From assembly GCA_043803945.1 (NCBI GenBank), contig JAZDJN010000016.1, positions 128,001 through 192,000 of the forward strand: a DNA stretch of 64,000 nt, in the 5' to 3' direction. The position numbers and the translations under genes are program-made. Below the pieces are notes generated by a model. That model was not told where the DNA came from. It saw only the letters and a list, made by a program, of their open reading frames with translations, and did no database searches. Shown here in pieces: positions 27,040 through 38,052 of the stretch (position 1 is its first letter; every line of letters starts with the position of its first letter). Source of the DNA: a bacterium (GTDB lineage Bacteria; Bacteroidota; Ignavibacteria; UBA10030).

Positions 27040-29775
27040 GTGGAATTGACTGTGCAGGAACTATCGAAAGCGTATAATCCAAAAGAGGTCGAAGATAAGT
27101 GGTATTCATTCTGGGAATCGCATGACCTGTTTCATGCAACCGTAAAAAAAGATAAAAAGCCGTACACCATCGTCATTCCCCCGCCAAACATTACCGGTAT
27201 TTTGACGATGGGCCATGTACTGAACAACACTATCCAGGATGTGTTGATCCGATGGAAAAGAATGCAGGGGTACGAAGCGTGCTGGATCCCAGGAACAGAT
27301 CATGCCGGCATCGCAACGCAAAATGCAGTTGAAAAAGCCCTTGCCCGCGAGGGTATGAATCGTCATCAGCTTGGCCGTGATGCATTCCTGGAACGAGTGT
27401 GGAAATGGCGTGAGGAATATGGCAGCACGATAATCAAACAATTGAGAAAACTCGGTGCATCCTGTGACTGGCAGCGTGAGCGATTCACCATGGATGAAGG
27501 GCTTTCCGAGGCAGTCAATGAAGTATTTATCCGGATGTTTGAGAAAGGTTTGATTTATCGCGGGAAGTATATCGTGAACTGGTGCCCTTTCCACCAGACA
27601 GCCCTCAGTGACGATGAAGTAGACCATAGTGAAGTGAACGGCAATCTCTACTATCTGCGATATCAGATTGAAGGGATGAAGCAGTATGGTATCGTTGCGA
27701 CGACGTGTCCAGAAACAATTTTGGGCGATTCGGCACTTTGTGTACATCCAAAAGATGAACGCTATAAACATCTCATCGGGAAATTCGCCATTCTTCCGCT
27801 TGTCGGCAGAAGGCTGCCGATTATCGCCGATGAATATATCGACTCGTCGTTTGGCACGGGGATGATGAAAGTTACCCCAGCCCACGATCCAAATGATTTC
27901 ATACTCGGCCAGCGTCATCAGTTGCAGCAGATTAACGTGATGGATGAACGAGGGAGAATGAATGAATCAGTGCCTCATAAGTTTGAAGGACTGGACCGGT
28001 TTGAATGCCGCAAACTCCTTCTGAAAGATCTTGAAGCACAAGGGTATTTGGAAAAAGTCGATCAACACGTTCACAATGTGGGGCGCTGCTACCGCTGCAA
28101 TGCAATCATTGAACCATATCTTTCCGACCAATGGTTTGTAAAAATGCGCCCCCTCGCGGCACCTGCCTTACGTGTGGTGCATGAAGGAAAAATCCGGTTC
28201 CATCCGAAACGATGGGAAAAAGTGTATGAACACTGGATGACGAATATCCGCGATTGGTGCATATCACGACAAATCTGGTGGGGACACCGCATTCCTGTCT
28301 ACTATACGGATGATGGCAATTACACCGCTGCTCGCAATGAAAAAGAGGCGCGAAAAAAATTAGGCCTCGATGCTGCAGCATACCTCCGCCAGGATGAGGA
28401 TGTGCTCGACACCTGGTTCTCTTCATGGCTCTGGCCATTTTCCATACTCGGCTGGCCGAAAGATAATGAAGACCTTCGCTTTTTTAATCCGACCAATACC
28501 CTCGTAACGGCTCCCGACATCATTTTCTTTTGGGTCGCCCGCATGATCATTGCCAATATGGAATTTATGAAAGGTGAACCTGGAGCGGATGGCAAGCCAA
28601 GGAAGAAGGAAGAGGCGCTCATTCCTTTTCAGGATGTTTACTTCACCAGCATCATCCGCGACGCTCAAGGCCGGAAAATGAGTAAGTCGCTTGGCAACTC
28701 CCCCGATCCTCTCGATGTTATCAATGAGTATGGTGCCGACGCACTTCGATTTACCATCGCGTACCTCTCGCCGCTCGGGCAGGATGTTCTGTTCTCCTCC
28801 GAGAAGTGTGAGATTGGACGCAACTTTGCAAACAAAATCTGGAATGCAGGTCGTTTCCTCTTGATGAATCGAGCCGAGCTCGACAGCGGTACAGAGAATG
28901 AGGAAATCCACTCCCTTCCCACAGAACATCTCGACCTTGCTGACCGGTGGATCCTTTCGCGGCTCAACCATACTATTCGGGATTTTAATAGTGCACTCTC
29001 GGAATTTCATCTGAATGAATCCAGTAAAGTTGCCTACGATTTTCTCTGGCATGACTTCTGCGACTGGTATCTCGAGCTGGTGAAAACGCGTTTCTACGGC
29101 GATGAGAGCCCTGAAGCCAAACGCATCGTCATCCGCCGTGCAGTCTGGATGTATGACCAGGCTTTAAAGACGCTGCATCCAATCATGCCGTTTATCACCG
29201 AAGAACTCTGGCAGCACCTCGGTAAACGAGCCGGCCGATCCATTATGTGCGCGCCATTTCCCTCGATCGATGAGTGGTGGATAGATCAGAAGACCGAAAA
29301 GGAGATGACCTTTGTTCAGGATGTGATCAATGCCATCCGCAATATCCGCGGTGAAAACAGCATCGCTCCATCGAAAGAGATACTCGTACAGGTGCGGATC
29401 GGGGCAGACGACCATGATGCAATTCTTCAAACCTATGAAAAATATGTAAAGAAGCTTGGAAAGGTTTCCTCTATCCAGACGATTGGCGACGGTGAGAAAC
29501 CAAAATTCGCTTCAAGCTCGGTGGTATCGGGAACGGAGATTTTCGTCCCACTCCATGACCTCATTGATATCGAGGTGGAGCGAGCCCGGCTGGAAAAAGA
29601 AATTGTGCGATTGAGAGGTACGCTGGAGGGAATCGATAAGAAATTGAACAATCGGCAGTTCGTTGAAAAGGCTCCGAAGGATGTCGTCGATCGTGAAAAG
29701 GAAAAGCTAGCAAATTTCCAATCGAACCTAGAAAAATTGGAAATCAATTTGACTGCACTAATCAACAGTAAGTAG
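27040..29775 (+). CDS. valS: Valine--tRNA ligase
   Basis: PPPNITG-LTMGH, DHAGIATQ, WCISRQIWWGH, DTWFSS, KMSKS, C-terminal coiled coil. Confidence 0.97.
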   Translation: MELTVQELSKAYNPKEVEDKWYSFWESHDLFHATVKKDKKPYTIVIPPPNITGILTMGHVLNNTIQDVLIRWKRMQGYEACWIPGTDHAGIATQNAVEKALAREGMNRHQLGRDAFLERVWKWREEYGSTIIKQLRKLGASCDWQRERFTMDEGLSEAVNEVFIRMFEKGLIYRGKYIVNWCPFHQTALSDDEVDHSEVNGNLYYLRYQIEGMKQYGIVATTCPETILGDSALCVHPKDERYKHLIGKFAILPLVGRRLPIIADEYIDSSFGTGMMKVTPAHDPNDFILGQRHQLQQINVMDERGRMNESVPHKFEGLDRFECRKLLLKDLEAQGYLEKVDQHVHNVGRCYRCNAIIEPYLSDQWFVKMRPLAAPALRVVHEGKIRFHPKRWEKVYEHWMTNIRDWCISRQIWWGHRIPVYYTDDGNYTAARNEKEARKKLGLDAAAYLRQDEDVLDTWFSSWLWPFSILGWPKDNEDLRFFNPTNTLVTAPDIIFFWVARMIIANMEFMKGEPGADGKPRKKEEALIPFQDVYFTSIIRDAQGRKMSKSLGNSPDPLDVINEYGADALRFTIAYLSPLGQDVLFSSEKCEIGRNFANKIWNAGRFLLMNRAELDSGTENEEIHSLPTEHLDLADRWILSRLNHTIRDFNSALSEFHLNESSKVAYDFLWHDFCDWYLELVKTRFYGDESPEAKRIVIRRAVWMYDQALKTLHPIMPFITEELWQHLGKRAGRSIMCAPFPSIDEWWIDQKTEKEMTFVQDVINAIRNIRGENSIAPSKEILVQVRIGADDHDAILQTYEKYVKKLGKVSSIQTIGDGEKPKFASSSVVSGTEIFVPLHDLIDIEVERARLEKEIVRLRGTLEGIDKKLNNRQFVEKAPKDVVDREKEKLANFQSNLEKLEINLTALINSK

Positions 29776-29834
29776 GTTTTTATCCCTGGGTACTACCGTA
29801 CCACTTTCTATTTTCATTCTTTGCGAGAAAAGCT

Positions 29835-30245
29835 ATGGTTTCTCAAACTCTTGAATATCTTGGCGGTTTGCGATGCACTGTCGTCCACGGACCGAGTCGT
29901 ACGATCATAACCACAGACGCTCCGACTGATAACTTCGGCTGCGGAGAATATTTTTCCCCGACCGATCTTGTTGTGTCCGCCCTCTCCTCGTGCATTATAA
30001 CCACAATGGCAATCCTTGCCCAACGCGACAGTGTGACACTCGACGGATCGACAATATACGCGGAGAAACATATGAGTGTCGATTCACCTCGGCGGATCAG
30101 CAACGTTGTGATACGGCTTATGTTTTGTCCAGGGATACCGTTGGACTATCGCGAAAAGCTGGAAGCAATTGCACGTACCTGTCCTGTGGCGCAAAGTTTG
30201 AACAAGGAGATCGTCATCAACATCGAAATAACGTATCCCGATTAG
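29835..30245 (+). CDS. OsmC-family protein
   Basis: TDAP.DN...FSPTDL...L.SC and TCPVAQSL cysteine pair. Confidence 0.88.
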   Translation: MVSQTLEYLGGLRCTVVHGPSRTIITTDAPTDNFGCGEYFSPTDLVVSALSSCIITTMAILAQRDSVTLDGSTIYAEKHMSVDSPRRISNVVIRLMFCPGIPLDYREKLEAIARTCPVAQSLNKEIVINIEITYPD

Positions 30246-30304
30246 CGTTTTGAACACAGTATACTAAGCAGGAATCGAACCATCCTCTACGAAAGGAGGA
30301 ATCC

Positions 30305-31384
30305 ATGAAAACTGTCGGATTCACCGCTATTCTCCTCCTTCTTTTAATCCTCAATCTGGATTGTTCATCCTCAATTTACCGTGACGTCTACCCGACGCTC
30401 ATCGATGGCCGTTACGATTCTGAATTCCCTTATCGGCGCAGTTCAGATCAACTGCAACAAATAGCGGAAAGCGTCAAACGCATCTCTGTGCTCGCTCATT
30501 ATCGATGGTACTTCTTTAAACGCTCCGATCAGGTTCTCCTCTCCATGATCAATACCGATTTTCTTCAACAGCACAAACAGAACCTCCAGTATACCAATCC
30601 CTCGACGAGTGGAACCGCCCTTGTCGTCTATTCGAGAGATTCAAAGATCGCACTCCTCACCTGCGCCCATATTATTTCGTTCCCCGATAGTGTCGTAAGT
30701 TACTATCTTGATGAACATCAGAAACGGACCGAGCATATCAGAAGCATTGCATTCAAGGAAGAACAGTTGATTTATCTCAGTGACATCGGAGGCGGTACAC
30801 CGCTGCAAATTCTCGCAAATGATCCAATACACGATTTGGCGATTATCGGAAATCGATTGGATCGCGGATTTGCACTCAACATTCTCCCATTTCCTTACCC
30901 AATGGGAAGAGCACGGGAATTGGAATGGGGGTCATTTGTCTACCTTTTCGGATATCCTCACGGTTATAAGATGATTACAAAAGGTATCGTCAGCAATCCT
31001 AAAGGGCGATTGGATGGAACATTCTATGTCGATGCCGTACTCGCTCAGGGATCCAGCGGTGGTATCACACTTGCCATTCGTGACGGTGTGCCCAACTTCG
31101 AATTGGTGGGACTGGTCAAACTCGTTCCAGCTCAAAACTATTACGTTCTGACACCGCCAAAAACTCTCGAGAATGCCGAGTATGATCCCGTCGAACTCTA
31201 CAAGGGGGATATCGTAGTTGAGCAAAGAACGGATATTCAATACGGTATCGTTCAAATTATTTCATCGGAACGAATAGTCGATTTCCTTGAGTCCAATCGC
31301 GAACAGTTATTACGCAGGGGATTCAATCTGGATTCTTTTGCCGCACCGAGACAGATTCCATCAGATACACTCAAAGCTCGATGA
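30305..31384 (+). CDS. Trypsin-like serine protease, exported or lipoprotein
   Basis: Signal peptide ending near LDC; triad motifs LTCAHI, HDLAII, GSSGG. Confidence 0.8.
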   Translation: MKTVGFTAILLLLLILNLDCSSSIYRDVYPTLIDGRYDSEFPYRRSSDQLQQIAESVKRISVLAHYRWYFFKRSDQVLLSMINTDFLQQHKQNLQYTNPSTSGTALVVYSRDSKIALLTCAHIISFPDSVVSYYLDEHQKRTEHIRSIAFKEEQLIYLSDIGGGTPLQILANDPIHDLAIIGNRLDRGFALNILPFPYPMGRARELEWGSFVYLFGYPHGYKMITKGIVSNPKGRLDGTFYVDAVLAQGSSGGITLAIRDGVPNFELVGLVKLVPAQNYYVLTPPKTLENAEYDPVELYKGDIVVEQRTDIQYGIVQIISSERIVDFLESNREQLLRRGFNLDSFAAPRQIPSDTLKAR

Positions 31385-32571
31385 CTTCAACCCCCTCACA
31401 TCATGGGGAACACCGATCCCCACAGGATCGTTTGCGCTGGATCGGACACCTGGATCTCGATTGCTTCTATGTCTCGGTTGAACGAATCAAGCATCAGGAA
31501 CTCCTTGGGTATCCTGTCGCTGTGGGGGGAAGCCCAACGGGAAGAGGTGTGATTGCCTCAGCCTCCTATGAGGCGCGAGCATTCGGTGTACACTCTGCCA
31601 TGCCTGCGGCCCATGCGCTTCGCCTTTGCCCTAACCTCATTCTTGTTCGCAGCCATTTTGAAGAGTACGAGGAGTATTCCGATAAACTTTATTCCCGCTT
31701 ACTCGACCTTGCGCCGATTGTCGAACGCGCGTCCATCGATGAATTTTATTTTGATCTCACCGGATGTGAAGCACTCTACCAGCATAACCTTGCTGGTTTT
31801 ATCAAACGCCTCCAGAAATTAGTCTGGAGCGATCTTACCCTTCCCTGCACCGTGGCACTCGCATCGAGCAAAGTGCTGGCAAAAATCGCCGCCGGTACAG
31901 TGAAACCGGCTGGAAACATCTGTATCGAACATTTTACGGAGAAAGAATTCCTTGCCGCTCTTTCCATCGATGTCATCCCGGGTGTTGGAAAAAAGACATC
32001 GCAGCTCCTCAGGCAGAGAGGATTCCGGATCGTTCAAGACCTTCAGAATTCTACCGTCGAGCAGCTAACTGAGATCCTCGGGTCAAACGGAAACTGGATT
32101 CGGACAGTTGCCCTCGGCCATGGTTCGACACACGTAGAAACCGAACATAAACGAAAAAGCATCGGCAATGAACGGACTTTTTCAAAAGATATCTCTGATT
32201 GGGATGCACTCGAACAAAAAATGTTCCCGCTCGTTGAGAAAATCTGCTCCAGTGCCCGTTCCAGAGGATGGCGGGCTAAAACTGTCCGGTTAAAGCTGCG
32301 ATACTCCGATTTCAAAACGACCACGCACGAACAATCCGTTGCACCGACATACGACGACCCCTATGTTTTCCATATCGCAAAAAGGCTGCTCCGCGACTCC
32401 TATACAAAGCCGTTGCCAGTACGCCTCCTCGGAATTACACTCACTAATTTCGTGGATGAAGCGGAACCAGAGCTCTTCCCATCCAATCTGAAAAGGGATC
32501 GGATGCTCACTGCCGTCGACAAACTCCGCCAACGATTCGGAGATGATGTCATTCATATTGGCCAGGTGTAA
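31381..32571 (+). CDS. dinB: DNA polymerase IV (Y family)
   Basis: HLDLDCFYVSVE, SYEARAFGVHSAMP, SIDEF, IPGVGKKT, VRLLGI. Confidence 0.93.
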   Translation: MTSTPSHHGEHRSPQDRLRWIGHLDLDCFYVSVERIKHQELLGYPVAVGGSPTGRGVIASASYEARAFGVHSAMPAAHALRLCPNLILVRSHFEEYEEYSDKLYSRLLDLAPIVERASIDEFYFDLTGCEALYQHNLAGFIKRLQKLVWSDLTLPCTVALASSKVLAKIAAGTVKPAGNICIEHFTEKEFLAALSIDVIPGVGKKTSQLLRQRGFRIVQDLQNSTVEQLTEILGSNGNWIRTVALGHGSTHVETEHKRKSIGNERTFSKDISDWDALEQKMFPLVEKICSSARSRGWRAKTVRLKLRYSDFKTTTHEQSVAPTYDDPYVFHIAKRLLRDSYTKPLPVRLLGITLTNFVDEAEPELFPSNLKRDRMLTAVDKLRQRFGDDVIHIGQV

Positions 32572-32762
32572 TAGATGTCAGCAATCATACCATTGAACAA
32601 CTATTAATTTCACCACTTTTTTCAATCATTGAAAGTACCTATCTTTCCTGTGCAAGGAGTGTTGGTGACCTATGGTGGGAGACACAACAAATGCCAAACT
32701 CTGTGGTAGTCTCAATGACTTCACATATTCATTGAGTAGAAAAGAAGGTGATAAGAGGAAGA

Positions 32763-35700
32763 ATGAAAGAAAGCCTCCGTTCTGATCAAACAGAACAGAT
32801 ACAACACCAAAGCCAAACTCTGCGGAATATTCTCTTCGCCATCCTAGTGGTGATTCTCATTGCTCCCTGCTTGTGGTTTGCTCTCCTCCACATCGAAAAT
32901 TCGATCAGGGAGAAATCGACAGAGCAACTCAGCACGTTTGCTGCTTCGGCTGATCTCTCACTCTCTCAGTGGCATGATCGTCAGACAGCCGAAATCAAAA
33001 GTCTCGCAGACTCTCTCGATGTACTCGCACCGATTCGACTATTGCACTCCATCCAGCACACTCAGGAAGCGCTGCTAAAAAACAACGCTCTCGCTTCTCT
33101 CCGGACAACCATGCAGCGATTTGTCAATCCATCGACTAACCGGATTCTCTCTATTCTTGGATCCGATTCAATCACGATCTTTTCATACCAAAACGACGAG
33201 ATCGGAAGAATCAGCCAATTCATCCAAAGCGATGCAACTATTCTAAAAAGAGTCCTTGCTGGTAATTCATTCTGGACATTTGTTTCTGCGGATCAAACGT
33301 ACCGACCACAAGAATCTGCCGGCCGAATAGCCTTAATGCTTTACGCTACACCACTCCTGGATGAAAATGGAAAACCACTAGCCGCACTCCTGGTGGGACT
33401 GAATCCTGATAAGGAATTTTCAGCATTGTTCCAACTCAGACCAACAGGAGCAACCGGAAAACTCACTGCAATCGATAGGCAGGGAAAAATTCTTTTCACA
33501 AGTTCAAAACTCAGTGAACCTCTCAGTAGTTCTACGCCAGAGATCAGTAAAAGCGATTCCGGAATGAAGATCTCCGGGTATAGTGACTTCCGGGGAGTCA
33601 CAGTGCTCGGTGCCTGGCGATGGAATCCAAAGCTCAACATCGGTCTCGTCGCTGAGATTGATGAGGAGGAAGCAATAAGCGCCATCCCCGAAATCCGGTT
33701 GATCATAATTGGGATGATCATCCTGACCGCACTGCTGCTTATCGTCTTTTTCGGAATTCTCCTCCGTGAACGAAAAATAATGATGGAGCAAATCCAGACG
33801 GAACGTGGGGGATTGGAGCGAGTACTGACAGAACGTACTTCAGAACTTTCCACTCAGAGGCAGGCAGCAGAACGACACCTCAGCACATTGAATGCGATTC
33901 TCTCCACCATGCCAGATTTCATCTATATGAAGTCCATAGATGGAAAATACCTCCTTTGTAACGAGGCCTATGCACAATTTCTAAGAAAGGCCCAGCCGGA
34001 AATTTTTGGCAAATCAGATTTCGATCTATTTCCATTCGAGACGGCGAACTCAATCATGGAATCCGATCAATTGGTTCTGACTAATAACCAAACGTACGAG
34101 CATCAGGAATGGATTGAATTGCCGGATGGGCAAAAACGATGCATATTAACACGTAAGATTCTACACCAAAGCAAAGATGGAAAAATAAACACACTGATTG
34201 GGATCGGCCGTGATATTACCGAGCTTGCACAACAACAAGAGAGCGTCAGGCAATTGCAGCACTATGCTCAAGACTTGCTGGAATCATCGAACGATGCAGT
34301 GTTCCTCATTGATCCTTCCCTGAAGATTCTTTCCTTCAATAAACAGCGCGAACCGCTCTTCGGCTACACCCAGGAGGAACTCTCCGGGAAACATCTCTCC
34401 GATTTATTCCCTTATCAATCAGGGAGAATCGAAGCGATGACCTCGGCAGCTCCGACCAACGATGCAATGGCATCCGCGGAGACCATGGAACTGACAGCAC
34501 AGAGAAAAGATACCAGTGAATTTCCCGCACAAGTCAGGATTATTTCAACCATCACCAACCTGGGGCCTCTCTTCATCGTTTCTGTCTGCAATCTGAGTGA
34601 TCGAATTCATCGGGAAGCACTTCTTCGCCGAAGCACTGAGGAGATTGATCTTCTCCGTGAAGCGATTCAAGACGGTCTATGGGAATGGGATCTCAGAACA
34701 AATGAGATATGCTTTTCAAAACCCTGGCACGTCCTATTTGGCTTTGGAGAGGACGAGAGTCCAAAATATTTTTCATCCTTCGAGGAACTCATTCACCCCG
34801 ATGATCGTGAACGAGTTCAACAAGAATTAACCGACTACACCGAGGGAAAGACCTCAATCTACAATTCTGAATACCGCCTTCAACGGAAGGATGGCACGTA
34901 CGGGAATATCCTCGCGCGGGGTAAAGCATTACGCGACTCGCATGGAGTGGCATTTCGAATGGCCGGCACCCATCAGGATATCAGTGAACGCATTGCTGCC
35001 TCCAATGCATTAGCCAGTGCACAGCACGAAGCAGCTTCTGCAAACCTGGAAAAGAATGTCTTTCTCTCGCTGATGAGTCATGAAATTCGAACACCGATGA
35101 ACGGGATCATCGGAATGACAGGACTGCTCTTAGAGACAGAGCTTTCGCATGAACAACGCGAATATGCAGCCACTATCCAGAAGAGCAGTGATGACTTGCT
35201 GACCCTGATGAATAATATTCTAGATTTCACGATCCTGGAAGCTAACCGGTTAGAGCTTGAACATCAGCCATTCGATGTCACTGATTGCGTCGAACACGCC
35301 ATCGATGAGGTCACTGCTGAAGCACAGGCGAAAGACCTCAATCTCGCATTCCTCGTTGAAAAAGAAGTACCTCATATCTGTATGGGAGATAGCAAACGGC
35401 TTCAACAGGTACTCCTCAACCTCCTCAAGAATGCCGTCGCCTATACAGATCAGGGCGAGATCATGTTGACCGTCCATGCCGAAGAGACCTCGATCGAAGC
35501 AGATGAATTTTCACTCTACTCTCTCCATTTCTCAGTACAGGATACAGGAATCGGTATTTCCCCGGAGATGCAGCACTCCATCTTCCAGGCGTTCACACAG
35601 GCCGATGGTTCGACCACCCGGCGTTTTGGTGGCATTGGACTTGGTTTAAGTATTTGTAAACACCTCGTGGAACTCATGGGTGGATCATTGTGGATTGAGA

Positions 35701-36980
35701 GTGAAGTCGGCAAGGGTAGTACATTCCATTTCACCACCAAGGCGCAGTCGGGCTCGATGGCAGATCATTCCGAATTACGAGGAAGCGAGTCGCAGCTTCG
35801 TGGGTGCCGGGTACTCATCGTTGATGACAATCCAACAAACCGTTATATCCTCCGAAAGCAAACCACCTCATGGGGGATGATCCCGCACGAAACGGGTTCA
35901 CCTCTGGAAGCACTGGAATGGATTCGAAGAGGAAATCCATTTGACCTGGGGATTCTTGACATGCAGATGCCTGAAATGGACGGGCTGATGCTGGCAGCGG
36001 AAATCCGGCAACATCGTGATTCAACAGCCATGCCGATGATTATGCTTTCTTCGGTCGGCAATCAAAGCCTAGGCGCTAAATCAAAATTATTTACTGCAAT
36101 CCTCTCAAAGCCGATTAAAGCATCGCAACTGTATAACATTCTGATTGAGACTCTGCCCTTGCGACCGGCTCCCGAGTATGCAGAAAACTTCCCTCTTGAT
36201 GAAAAAATGGCACATCAACTCCCCCTCCGGATTCTGCTGGCAGAGGATCACATTGTCAATCAGACCGTCGCGCTGCATCTGCTTAAGAAGTTGGGGTACA
36301 CCGCGGATGTCGTTTCGAATGGTCTCAAAGCATTGGAGGCACTTGAACAGCGGCAGTACGATGTCCTCTTTATGGATATCCAAATGCCGGAGATGGATGG
36401 ACTTGAGGCCACCCGTCAGATTCGAAAACAGTTCTCTCCGGATCAACAGCCGAGAATTATTGCAATGACCGCACACGCTCTGGATGAAGACCGTATGGAG
36501 TGCTTTGCAGCGGGAATGGATGATTACCTCCTGAAACCGATCAATATTGAACAACTCCAGCAATCGCTTGCCCAAATGGCACAAACAGCAGATGCCAAAA
36601 GGGACGATCCTCTTCCGCTGGAACCAGTGGATGAGCCGATCGACTGGACGGTACTGGAGCGATTACAAATTCTTCAAGGTGAGGATGATCCGAGATTTCT
36701 TCAAAGGCTGCTCGAGGATTATGTAAAAGAAACGCCAGAAAGCATGGAACGCATTCAGCTCGCAATGCTCAACGGTGATGCTGAAGATATTCTCCATCAT
36801 TCCCATATTTTACGAATGGCAAGTTATCGCATTGGCGCACGCTTCATGGGCCTTCAATGCGAGAAGCTGGAGCGGCTCGCACGCGAACATCGTTTAAAGA
36901 ATATCGGCACAATCGCAGAGGAATTGCTCAACCAGTTTGAGCGGGTCGATCACATGGTCAGGACCAGATTCTCGTCATAG
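32763..36980 (+). CDS. Membrane hybrid histidine kinase (periplasmic Cache-like sensor, 3 PAS, HisKA/HATPase, 2 REC, Hpt)
   Basis: Two TM helices; PAS motifs (IHPDDR); MSHEIRTPMNG; DTGIGI; GLGLSI; REC motifs LDMQMPEMDG and MDIQMPEMDG; Hpt-like C-terminus. Confidence 0.93.
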   Translation: MKESLRSDQTEQIQHQSQTLRNILFAILVVILIAPCLWFALLHIENSIREKSTEQLSTFAASADLSLSQWHDRQTAEIKSLADSLDVLAPIRLLHSIQHTQEALLKNNALASLRTTMQRFVNPSTNRILSILGSDSITIFSYQNDEIGRISQFIQSDATILKRVLAGNSFWTFVSADQTYRPQESAGRIALMLYATPLLDENGKPLAALLVGLNPDKEFSALFQLRPTGATGKLTAIDRQGKILFTSSKLSEPLSSSTPEISKSDSGMKISGYSDFRGVTVLGAWRWNPKLNIGLVAEIDEEEAISAIPEIRLIIIGMIILTALLLIVFFGILLRERKIMMEQIQTERGGLERVLTERTSELSTQRQAAERHLSTLNAILSTMPDFIYMKSIDGKYLLCNEAYAQFLRKAQPEIFGKSDFDLFPFETANSIMESDQLVLTNNQTYEHQEWIELPDGQKRCILTRKILHQSKDGKINTLIGIGRDITELAQQQESVRQLQHYAQDLLESSNDAVFLIDPSLKILSFNKQREPLFGYTQEELSGKHLSDLFPYQSGRIEAMTSAAPTNDAMASAETMELTAQRKDTSEFPAQVRIISTITNLGPLFIVSVCNLSDRIHREALLRRSTEEIDLLREAIQDGLWEWDLRTNEICFSKPWHVLFGFGEDESPKYFSSFEELIHPDDRERVQQELTDYTEGKTSIYNSEYRLQRKDGTYGNILARGKALRDSHGVAFRMAGTHQDISERIAASNALASAQHEAASANLEKNVFLSLMSHEIRTPMNGIIGMTGLLLETELSHEQREYAATIQKSSDDLLTLMNNILDFTILEANRLELEHQPFDVTDCVEHAIDEVTAEAQAKDLNLAFLVEKEVPHICMGDSKRLQQVLLNLLKNAVAYTDQGEIMLTVHAEETSIEADEFSLYSLHFSVQDTGIGISPEMQHSIFQAFTQADGSTTRRFGGIGLGLSICKHLVELMGGSLWIESEVGKGSTFHFTTKAQSGSMADHSELRGSESQLRGCRVLIVDDNPTNRYILRKQTTSWGMIPHETGSPLEALEWIRRGNPFDLGILDMQMPEMDGLMLAAEIRQHRDSTAMPMIMLSSVGNQSLGAKSKLFTAILSKPIKASQLYNILIETLPLRPAPEYAENFPLDEKMAHQLPLRILLAEDHIVNQTVALHLLKKLGYTADVVSNGLKALEALEQRQYDVLFMDIQMPEMDGLEATRQIRKQFSPDQQPRIIAMTAHALDEDRMECFAAGMDDYLLKPINIEQLQQSLAQMAQTADAKRDDPLPLEPVDEPIDWTVLERLQILQGEDDPRFLQRLLEDYVKETPESMERIQLAMLNGDAEDILHHSHILRMASYRIGARFMGLQCEKLERLAREHRLKNIGTIAEELLNQFERVDHMVRTRFSS

Positions 36981-37166
36981 TCATCCTCCATGCGTTTGTG
37001 TAGAATTGGAAAATAGTATCCATGGAATCAGTGGCGGAGCAAGGTGGTACGTCTTTGTTTTAAGAATTATGCGCCTTCTGAGCGTCCTGTAAAAATTGGA
37101 AGTATTCAAATCTTTGTGCATCTTTAAGAAAAATCGAGCTATTCAATCCCATCAGAAAAGTCATAA

Positions 37167-38042
37167 ATGAAGTCAAATCCACTGGCTGAAGTTTTTGGAT
37201 TTCCAATTGACAATCAAACCCCTGAAGCCGAGCGCTACAGGAAGAACAAGCTCTGCCCATTCAACAATAAGGTTCCATCTTGTACTAAGGACAAGGCAAA
37301 CGAGCCTTTGGGAGTGTGTAGTATCATTGAAGAGGACCAGCCAATTATCACTTGCCCAATTCGCTTTCGTAATGACTGGCTCATTGTCGAGGATGCAGCC
37401 CAATTCTTCTTCAAGGGCGATTCTGCTTGGACTTCAATTGCAGAGGTTAGACTGACCGACAAGGACGGAAACACAACTGGCAACATCGACCTAGTCCTCA
37501 TCTCATACGATGGACATGGCCGCGTTTTGGATTTCGGCTCGCTAGAAATCCAAGCTGTTTATATCTCCGGAAATATCCGACGGCCATTTGAGCAGTTTAT
37601 GATTACCCGACAACGTTCAACAGTGTTCTCTTGGAATGGCCCGAATTTCCCCAAAGCTGACTTCTTATCTTCCTCACGGAAGAGACTTGCCCCACAAATG
37701 TTGTACAAAGGCGGAATCCTGAAGGCTTGGGGCAAGAAACAAGCAGTGGCTTTGCAGACCTCGTTCTTTGAGACTCTTCCAAAGTTGAAGGAAGCTCCTG
37801 CATCGAAGGCAGATATTGCTTGGATGCTCTATGATCTAAAACTTGACAAGAAGAATAATCGATTGAAGCTCACACAGAACAAGATCATCTATACTGAATT
37901 TAAGCCAGCGCTCAGACGAATAACAACGGTGGAGCCCGGCAAGATTGATGATTTCATCGAAGTACTCCAACACAAACTTGATGAGAAACTCGAAGGCAAT
38001 CCGCCAGACGCGCCGACGCTCACCGACATCATACTCACCTAG
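37167..38042 (+). CDS. NotI-family type II restriction endonuclease
   Basis: Four-Cys N-terminal metal domain (CPF..CTK..GVCS..ITCPIRF); catalytic NIDLV...EIQ motif as in NotI. Confidence 0.75.
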   Translation: MKSNPLAEVFGFPIDNQTPEAERYRKNKLCPFNNKVPSCTKDKANEPLGVCSIIEEDQPIITCPIRFRNDWLIVEDAAQFFFKGDSAWTSIAEVRLTDKDGNTTGNIDLVLISYDGHGRVLDFGSLEIQAVYISGNIRRPFEQFMITRQRSTVFSWNGPNFPKADFLSSSRKRLAPQMLYKGGILKAWGKKQAVALQTSFFETLPKLKEAPASKADIAWMLYDLKLDKKNNRLKLTQNKIIYTEFKPALRRITTVEPGKIDDFIEVLQHKLDEKLEGNPPDAPTLTDIILT

Positions 38043-38052
38043 TAAGGATCAG

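Noticed and set aside
27175-27220. ValRS HIGH motif reads LTMGH rather than LHMGH
   Set aside because: From memory a Thr at this position occurs in Chlorobi-group ValRS, so it is treated as a lineage trait rather than a defect.
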